Source: an uncultured Methanosarcinales archaeon (GTDB lineage Archaea > Nanobdellota > Nanobdellia > Woesearchaeales > CAZOXR01). Taken from it: a DNA stretch of 27,152 nucleotides. The translations under genes and the position numbers were made by a program. Location of the stretch: assembly GCA_964566535.1 (NCBI GenBank), contig CAZMIO010000003.1:62001-89152 (forward strand), given 5' to 3'. Below, in pieces: positions 19,500 through 27,152 of the stretch; within the stretch, counting starts at the first letter, position 1; every line of letters begins with the position of its first letter. Under the pieces are notes generated by a model. The model worked only from the letters and a program-made list of their open reading frames with translations, was not told the origin of the DNA and did not search any database.

Positions 19500-19590
19500 G
19501 GCCAGTTCATCCCATTGAACGAAGTGAAATGGGATTAATTGTCCACAGGGGTCTTTCGGGTGAAGCCCATAGGTGGGAATCACTCCGGCC
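19500..19590. ncRNA. Unidentified structured element between tRNA-Lys and rpoH
   Basis: GGCC ends, hairpin ATCCCATT/AATGGGAT, and nested CCAC/GTGG and GGG/CCC stems. Confidence 0.45.
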
Positions 19591-19623
19591 AATTTACATT
19601 CATAATACGCAAAATCCATAAAA

Positions 19624-19872
19624 ATGAAGAAAAAGAAATTACCAGTAATCAGCAAGCACGTTTTGATTCCAAAGCACTCAAAGCTAAGTGACAAGGAAAA
19701 AAAGGAGCTATTAGAGAAATACAACATAACTCTAAATGAGCTTCCAAGAATATCTAAAGAGGACCCAGCAATTATTTCTTTAAGCACAAAACCCGGGGAC
19801 ATAATAAAGATTACAAGAGCCAGCAAGACTGCAGGAACTTCAGCATTCTATAGGGGAATCGTAAATGTATAA
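19624..19872 (+). CDS. rpoH: DNA-directed RNA polymerase subunit H (Rpo5)
   Basis: HVLIPKH, LPRI...DPA, PGDIIKITR.S.TAG...YR. Confidence 0.98.
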   Translation: MKKKKLPVISKHVLIPKHSKLSDKEKKELLEKYNITLNELPRISKEDPAIISLSTKPGDIIKITRASKTAGTSAFYRGIVNV

Positions 19873-21349
19873 ATATTCAAAAACATTAATCCAGAAATAC
19901 TTTGAAGAACAAAGTTTTGTAAATTCAAATATATTATCATTCAACAATTTTATTGAAAACGAACTAAACAAAATTATCGAAGAAAACAAAGAAGTTGTTC
20001 CAACAATAATTCCCCATAACATTGAGTCATTCAAGATACAATTCGATAAAATCTGGGTAACAAAGCCGGAGATAACAGAAGCAGACGGAAGTAAACGGGC
20101 TATCTATCCAATCGAAGCAAGACTAAGAAAACTAACTTATTCTGCGCCTGTCTTCATTGAAGTTAGCGCGCACGTAAATGATGTTCAAAGAGAATCACTA
20201 ACAACTCAAATTGGAAACATTCCTATCATGTTAAAGGGCAACAACTGTCACTTAAATAAACTTGACAAAGATGCTTTAGTAGAGAAAGGGGAAGACCCTG
20301 ATGACCCTGGCGGTTATTTCATAATTAACGGAACAGAAAAAGTTCTAATCAGCGTTGAAGATTTAGCAGCAAATAAACTTCTAGTAGAAAAAAACAAAAC
20401 AGGACCTTCAAAATTTGTCGGAAAACTATTCTCAGAAAGAGGATCATTTAAGATTCCCCATACCATGGAAAAATTAAAGGATGGAATCTTCTACCTAACA
20501 TTTACAAGAGTAAAAAAAATACCTATCCTAGTAATCATAAAAGCACTAGGGATGTTAAAAGATGAAGAAATCACAAAATTCATCTCTTCAGAAAAACATT
20601 ACGATGAAGTTCTGGTTAACTTATATGAATTTGTAAGTATAAAGACAGAAGAAGAAGCACTAGATTATATTGCAAGGAGAGTAGGAATTACTCAGGCAAA
20701 AGAAATCAGAGTTGAAAGGATGAAAGAAATCCTTGATAAATACCTATTGCCAAGATTAGGTATCGAACCAGAAGATAGGATGAATAAAGCTCATAACTTA
20801 TGTAAGATGATCAAGAAATATATCGGCGTAGAAAATGGAGAATTAAATCTTGATGATAAAGATCACTACATGAATAAAAGATTAAAACTAAGTGGAGACC
20901 TTCTAGCTGACTTACTAAGAGTTAATATGAAAGTACTGATAGGAGACCTTCTCTACAATTTCCAAAGAATAGTAAAACGAGGAAAATTCCCATCAATCAA
21001 AGTAATAATCAGAGATAAATTGTTAACATCAAGAATCTACTCATCTATGGCAACAGGTTCATGGGTTGGAGGAAGAAAGGGAATCTCACAAAGAATCCAA
21101 AGATTAAACTTCCTAGAAACATTATCTCACTTACAAAGAGTTGTTAGCCCATTAAGCGCATCTCAGGAAAATTTCGAAGCTAGGGAATTACATTCAACTC
21201 ATCTTGGAAGACTATGTCCGATTGAAACACCAGAAGGAACAAACATTGGTTTAAGAAAAAATCTTTCAATCTTATGTAGCATTTCAAACGACACACCAGA
21301 AGAAGAAATATTAAAATCACTAAAAAATATGAATTTAAAACCGATCTAA
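19865..21349 (+). CDS. rpoB2: DNA-directed RNA polymerase subunit B'' (Rpo2N)
   Basis: P.EARLR.LTYSAP, DPGGYFIINGTEKV, DDKDHY.NKRL and GRLCPIETPEG.NIGL.KNL. Confidence 0.98.
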   Translation: MYKYSKTLIQKYFEEQSFVNSNILSFNNFIENELNKIIEENKEVVPTIIPHNIESFKIQFDKIWVTKPEITEADGSKRAIYPIEARLRKLTYSAPVFIEVSAHVNDVQRESLTTQIGNIPIMLKGNNCHLNKLDKDALVEKGEDPDDPGGYFIINGTEKVLISVEDLAANKLLVEKNKTGPSKFVGKLFSERGSFKIPHTMEKLKDGIFYLTFTRVKKIPILVIIKALGMLKDEEITKFISSEKHYDEVLVNLYEFVSIKTEEEALDYIARRVGITQAKEIRVERMKEILDKYLLPRLGIEPEDRMNKAHNLCKMIKKYIGVENGELNLDDKDHYMNKRLKLSGDLLADLLRVNMKVLIGDLLYNFQRIVKRGKFPSIKVIIRDKLLTSRIYSSMATGSWVGGRKGISQRIQRLNFLETLSHLQRVVSPLSASQENFEARELHSTHLGRLCPIETPEGTNIGLRKNLSILCSISNDTPEEEILKSLKNMNLKPI

Positions 21350-21350
21350 A

Positions 21351-23153
21351 ATGGCAGAAGTATACTTAAATAGCAGATTTGTAGGAACCATTGACAATCC
21401 CGGAGAGTTTGTACAACAGATCAGAGATGAACGTAGAACTAACAAGCTACCTAACAATATTAATGTACATCATGACGTGGAAAGCAATACTGTTCAAATC
21501 GAAACATTAAAGGGAAGGGCAAGAAGACCGTTAATACTTATAAAAAACGGACAACCACTTTTAACAGAAAAACACATTAAACAATTAGAGAAAAATGAAA
21601 TCTCTTGGTCAGACCTAGTAAATGAGGGAGCTATTGAATATCTTGATGCAGCCGAAGAAGAAAATGCTTACGTTGCTTTCTTTGAAAAAGACCTAACTCC
21701 TGAACATACTCACCTTGAAATAACTCCACTAGCAATGACTGGACTAGCAACATCACTAGTACCTTTCGCAAACTTCAACCAGTCAACAAGGTTAAATGCA
21801 GGAAGTAAAAACCAAAAACAAGCTCTAGGATTCTACATTTCAAATTATTCAGTTAGGATGGATATGGATGTAAATATTCTTTATGAACCTCACATTCCGA
21901 TTGTCAGTTCAATAATGCATGGTATATCTGACTATGATAAACACCCTTCTGGTCAAAACCTTGTTGTTGCAATAATGAGTTTCAAAGGATACAACATGGA
22001 AGATTCAATTATTTTAAACAAAGGCGCTATTGATAGAGGGCTTGCAAGAAGCACTTACTACAGGCCAAGTATTTCTGAAGAACTAAGATACTCTGGCGGA
22101 TTAATCGATGAAATTAGCGTTCCTGATAAAGATGTTAAAGGGTATAAAACAGAAAAAGATTACAGATTATTAGATGGAGATGGAATAATCTCTCCGGAAT
22201 CAAAAGTTAAAGAAGGAGATGTTATCATAGGAAAAACATCACCTCCAAGATTCTTATCTTCATTAGATGAATATTCACTAGCATCTTCAACTAGAAGGGA
22301 ATCTTCAGTTTCACTAAAACATGGAGAGAAAGGAATCGTTGACTTTATTTTATTAACTGAAAACGAAGAAGGTAACAAACTAGTCCAAGTAAGGCTAAGA
22401 GACCAAAGAATCCCTGAGATTGGGGACAAATTTACAAGTAGACACGGACAAAAAGGAGTTATTGGGTTAATCGTACCTCAAGCAGACATGCCTTTCTCAG
22501 CTTCTGGAATCCAACCGGATTTAATTTTTTCTCCACACGGAATTCCATCAAGAATGACTATTTCTCACCTAATTGAGCTTATAGCAGGTAAAGTGGGATC
22601 ATTATCATCTAGATACATAGACGGAACAACTTTTGATGCTGAACCAGAAGAAAAACTAAGAGAAGAACTTCTTAGCTTAGGTTTCAGAGAAAACGGAGTA
22701 GAAACACTTTACAATGGACAGACAGGAGAACCGTTCCAAGCTAAAATCTACATCGGAAACATGTACTATTTAAAATTAAAACACATGGTATCTAACAAGA
22801 TTCACAGTAGAGCTCGTGGTCCAATCCAGTTATTAACAAGACAGCCAACAGAAGGACGTGCAAAAGAAGGAGGTCTAAGGTTGGGAGAGATGGAGAAGGA
22901 CACATTCGTAGCCCATGGAGCATCATTATTACTAAAAGAAAGATTCGATTCAGACAAAACAATAGTTCCAGTTTGTGAAAACTGTGGAATCATTGCAATC
23001 AAAGACGAATTCAAGAATAAGGCATATTGTCCAATTTGTGGAGACAATGTTGAGATATCAGATATCGAAATATCTTACGCATTTAAGCTTATACTTGATG
23101 AATTCAAGTCATTATGCATACATTCAAAACTAGTACTTGAAAAACAATACTAA
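21351..23153 (+). CDS. rpoB1: DNA-directed RNA polymerase subunit B' (Rpo2C)
   Basis: GYNMEDS, GDKFTSRHGQKG, PHGIPSRMT, KLKHMV, RQPTEGRAKEGGLRLGEME and a Zn ribbon. Confidence 0.98.
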   Translation: MAEVYLNSRFVGTIDNPGEFVQQIRDERRTNKLPNNINVHHDVESNTVQIETLKGRARRPLILIKNGQPLLTEKHIKQLEKNEISWSDLVNEGAIEYLDAAEEENAYVAFFEKDLTPEHTHLEITPLAMTGLATSLVPFANFNQSTRLNAGSKNQKQALGFYISNYSVRMDMDVNILYEPHIPIVSSIMHGISDYDKHPSGQNLVVAIMSFKGYNMEDSIILNKGAIDRGLARSTYYRPSISEELRYSGGLIDEISVPDKDVKGYKTEKDYRLLDGDGIISPESKVKEGDVIIGKTSPPRFLSSLDEYSLASSTRRESSVSLKHGEKGIVDFILLTENEEGNKLVQVRLRDQRIPEIGDKFTSRHGQKGVIGLIVPQADMPFSASGIQPDLIFSPHGIPSRMTISHLIELIAGKVGSLSSRYIDGTTFDAEPEEKLREELLSLGFRENGVETLYNGQTGEPFQAKIYIGNMYYLKLKHMVSNKIHSRARGPIQLLTRQPTEGRAKEGGLRLGEMEKDTFVAHGASLLLKERFDSDKTIVPVCENCGIIAIKDEFKNKAYCPICGDNVEISDIEISYAFKLILDEFKSLCIHSKLVLEKQY

Positions 23154-23154
23154 T

Positions 23155-23209
23155 AAAACCAAAAAAATCGAAGATTTTTAGGGTACCAAAAATCCGGAGG
23201 ATTTTTAAG
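23155..23209 (+). repeat. 55-bp double-hairpin dispersed repeat, copy 2 (between rpoB' and rpoA')
   Basis: 53/55 identical to 16196-16250; fills almost the whole intergenic gap. Confidence 0.92.
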
Positions 23210-23210
23210 T

Positions 23211-25952
23211 ATGGCAGAAGAAAAACTAACTGAAGAGAAAAAAGTTGAAGAAGTTAAGGAAGAAGTAAAGGAATCTCCTAAAACAGAAACTAAAGAAGAG
23301 ACCAAAGAAACAACAACTGAAGAAAAAGAAATTGAACGTGTAGAACCAGTTGAGAGATATGTTTCAAAGAAAGTAAGTAGTATTACATTCTCAATTTTTT
23401 CACCAAAGATGATAAAGAAGATGACTTCTGCAAAGATAGTCACTCCAGAACTTTATGACAAAGAAGGATACCCAGTTGACGGTGGCCTAATGGACATAAG
23501 ATTAGGGGTTATTGATCCTGGTTTAAAATGTAAAACCTGTGGTTCAAAGCTAAAAGAATGCATCGGTCACTTTGGTTATATTGAATTAGCAAGGCCAATC
23601 GTCCATATCAAATTCGCAAGTATACTCCTAAACATATTAAGATGTACATGTAGGGAATGTGGAAAAGTCTTAGTTCCAAGTAATAAAGTCGAGGAAATTA
23701 ACGAAAAGTTAGATTCAATCGAGAAAGAAAAAGGGCTAGAAGACAGAAGAAAAGCAATCAAACCAATTATTGCAAAGATGAAAACAGTAAATAAATGCCC
23801 CCACTGTAAAGCAAGACAATATAAAGTTACAATTGACAAACCAACAACATTCGTTGAAAATGAAAAAAGATTAAGTCCTATTGAAGTTAGGGCAAGAATG
23901 GAGAGAGTCCCAGATGAAGATGTTGAACTCTTTGGGCTTAAATCACAATTTGCAAGACCTGAGTGGATGATTCTTACAATAATGTTAATCCCTCCAGTTA
24001 CAATGAGGCCTTCTATCACTCTAGAATCAGGGGAAAGAAGCGAAGACGACTTGACTCATAAACTTGGAGATATCGTAAGAATAAACCAAAGACTGTTCGA
24101 AAACATAAATGCAGGAGCACCAGAAATAATCATAGAGGACTTATGGGATCTTTTACAGTATCACATTACAACATTCTTCGATAATGCAGTTTCACAGCTT
24201 CCTCCAGCTAGACACAGATCAGGACAGCCGTTAAAGACGATTACCGAAAGAATCAAGAGTAAGGAAGGAAGAATCAGGCACAATTTAGCAGGTAAAAGGA
24301 CAAATTTCAGTGCAAGAACAGTTATTAGTCCAGACCCAATGCTTGATCTAAATGAAGTAGGAGTCCCCGAAATCATCGCATCAAAATTATCAGTTCCGGA
24401 GAGAGTTAACGAATGGAACATGAATTACTTAAAGGAGTTCATCAAAAACGGACCTTCAAAATACCCTGGAGCAAACTATGTAGTGCGACCAGACGGAAAA
24501 AAGAAAAAGATTACAGACGAAACAAAAGAAGCAACCATTGAAGAAATTCAGCCAGGATACATGATTGAAAGACACCTCTTAGATGGAGACATTGCAATCT
24601 TTAACAGGCAGCCTAGCCTACACAGAATGTCAATGATGTGTCATAGAATTAGAGTTCTACCTGGAAAAACCTTAAGGCTAAACCCTGGAGTTTGTCACCC
24701 TTACAACGCTGATTTCGATGGAGACGAAATGAATCTTCACATTCCACAAACAGAAGAAGCAAGAGCAGAAGCAGAAATTCTGATGGAAGTCCAAACCCAA
24801 CTTATCTCTCCAAAGTATGGATTAAGTGTTATTGGATGTGTACAGGATGCTATCTCTGGTAATTACCTTTTAACAAAAGAACTAAGTTTCTCAAGACCAG
24901 ATGCAATATCTGTACTAAATGCAATTGGCGTTACTGAGTTTTCAAAATTACCTAAAAAAGAAACAATAACTGGAAAAGAAGTATTCTCAACACTAATCCC
25001 TGATGATTTTAACTTCACAGGTAAAGCAAGACATTACGAACAGGAGTTAAGCAGAGAAGAAAACGTTAAACTAGATACTTATGTACAGATTAAAGACGGA
25101 CAGCTTATTAGTGGAGTAATGGATAGAGCAAACTTAGGTGAAGGGTCAGGATTATTACTAAGAAACATTCACAAAAAATATGGAAAAGAGTTTACGTTAG
25201 ACATGTTAAGTAAATTATTCAGATTAGGAATAGAAGTTCTTCTAAGAACTGGGTTCACAACAGCAATATCAGACACTGACCTTCCAGAAGACGCAAAACT
25301 AAAAGTTAGCGAAACACTTGATGATGCAAGAAAAGATGTAAATAATCTTATTGACTCATACAAAAACAATAAACTAGAAGCATTCCCCGGAAAAACATTA
25401 AGGGAAACATTAGAACTAAAGATTTTAGAAGCCCTAAACAAAGCAAGAAACGAAACAGGAGCTTTAGTTGCAAAACATTCCGATAAAAAGACTCATACAA
25501 TGGTCATGGCTAACAGCGGAGCAAGAGGAAATCTATTAAACCTAGCTCAGATGGCAGCTTGTGTAGGACAGCAAGCAATGAGGGGTAAAAGAATCGAGAA
25601 AGGGTACAAAGGCAGAACATTATCATGTTTCAAGAAAGACGATTTCAGTCCAGAAGCACACGGATTCATCAGTAACGGGTTCAAAACAGGTCTTGACCCA
25701 CATGAATTCTTTTTTTCAGCAATAACTGGACGAGACTCACTGATGGATACTGCATTAAGAACTCCTAAGTCAGGTTACTTATATAGGCGTCTTGCAAATG
25801 CAATGCAAGATCTTAAAGTTGAATATGATCACACAGTAAGGGATACAGCATCAAAAATCATCCAGTTTAAATACGGAGAAGACGGAATGGATGTTTCAAA
25901 ATCAGAAGACGGAATATTAAATATAAAGAGAATAATTAAAACTATTACTTAG
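23211..25952 (+). CDS. rpoA1: DNA-directed RNA polymerase subunit A' (Rpo1N)
   Basis: C..C......C.GHFG.IELA, FNRQPSLHR and the catalytic YNADFDGDEMN; also has a ~45-aa E/K/T-rich N-terminal extension. Confidence 0.99.
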   Translation: MAEEKLTEEKKVEEVKEEVKESPKTETKEETKETTTEEKEIERVEPVERYVSKKVSSITFSIFSPKMIKKMTSAKIVTPELYDKEGYPVDGGLMDIRLGVIDPGLKCKTCGSKLKECIGHFGYIELARPIVHIKFASILLNILRCTCRECGKVLVPSNKVEEINEKLDSIEKEKGLEDRRKAIKPIIAKMKTVNKCPHCKARQYKVTIDKPTTFVENEKRLSPIEVRARMERVPDEDVELFGLKSQFARPEWMILTIMLIPPVTMRPSITLESGERSEDDLTHKLGDIVRINQRLFENINAGAPEIIIEDLWDLLQYHITTFFDNAVSQLPPARHRSGQPLKTITERIKSKEGRIRHNLAGKRTNFSARTVISPDPMLDLNEVGVPEIIASKLSVPERVNEWNMNYLKEFIKNGPSKYPGANYVVRPDGKKKKITDETKEATIEEIQPGYMIERHLLDGDIAIFNRQPSLHRMSMMCHRIRVLPGKTLRLNPGVCHPYNADFDGDEMNLHIPQTEEARAEAEILMEVQTQLISPKYGLSVIGCVQDAISGNYLLTKELSFSRPDAISVLNAIGVTEFSKLPKKETITGKEVFSTLIPDDFNFTGKARHYEQELSREENVKLDTYVQIKDGQLISGVMDRANLGEGSGLLLRNIHKKYGKEFTLDMLSKLFRLGIEVLLRTGFTTAISDTDLPEDAKLKVSETLDDARKDVNNLIDSYKNNKLEAFPGKTLRETLELKILEALNKARNETGALVAKHSDKKTHTMVMANSGARGNLLNLAQMAACVGQQAMRGKRIEKGYKGRTLSCFKKDDFSPEAHGFISNGFKTGLDPHEFFFSAITGRDSLMDTALRTPKSGYLYRRLANAMQDLKVEYDHTVRDTASKIIQFKYGEDGMDVSKSEDGILNIKRIIKTIT

Positions 25953-27095
<1,143 letters not shown>

Positions 27096-27099
27096 TAAA

Positions 27100-27152
27100 A
27101 TGGCAAAAAAACAAATTGTTGATAGCGAAGTAAAAGAGATTAAAACTCTAAT
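27100..27152 (+). CDS. 5' fragment of the next gene, probably ribosomal protein eL30 (by synteny only)
   Basis: ATG 4 nt after the rpoA'' stop, open to the window end. rpl30e usually follows rpoA'' in archaea. Confidence 0.5.
   Translation, partial: MAKKQIVDSEVKEIKTL

Noticed and set aside
19500..19590. 5S rRNA, HDV-like (theta) ribozyme or fluoride riboswitch
   Set aside because: Only short word matches. It is too short for 5S, the helix order does not give the HDV nested pseudoknot, and the fluoride P1 5' strand is missing.
19413..19826. 137-aa minus-strand ORF
   Set aside because: Overlaps tRNA-Lys and rpoH on the opposite strand and has no protein motif.

Overview
AT-rich archaeal chromosome segment, most consistent with a DPANN archaeon of the Woesearchaeota type. 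This placement is inferred from the split rpoB''/B'/A'/A'' operon, archaeal-type ProRS, BHB-intron tRNAs, TATA-box promoters and a bacterial-type gyrB. Left end, minus strand: a compact cobalamin-riboswitch-like RNA precedes a four-gene operon made of a CbrT-like ECF S-component, a DUF4430 (transcobalamin-C-like) lipoprotein, and two membrane-anchored S-layer-like proteins with N-terminal DUF4430-like domains, one carrying a DEGTG tandem repeat broken by an assembly gap. A TrmB-family regulator and a TPR lipoprotein follow. Middle: prs, proS, an IMPase, a wHTH-PurB fusion with a structured leader, a degenerate Mesh1/SpoT-like HD protein, purM and a lone gyrB. These are interleaved with lysine-poor accessory genes, including a tandem-duplicated YkgJ-like pair and one frameshifted gene. 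Right end: tRNA-Asp with two introns, tRNA-Lys with a D-loop intron, flanking unexplained structured RNAs, then the RNA polymerase operon. A 55-bp double-hairpin element ends 1 nt before the ATG of both gyrB and rpoA'. All calls were made by eye; no searches were run.
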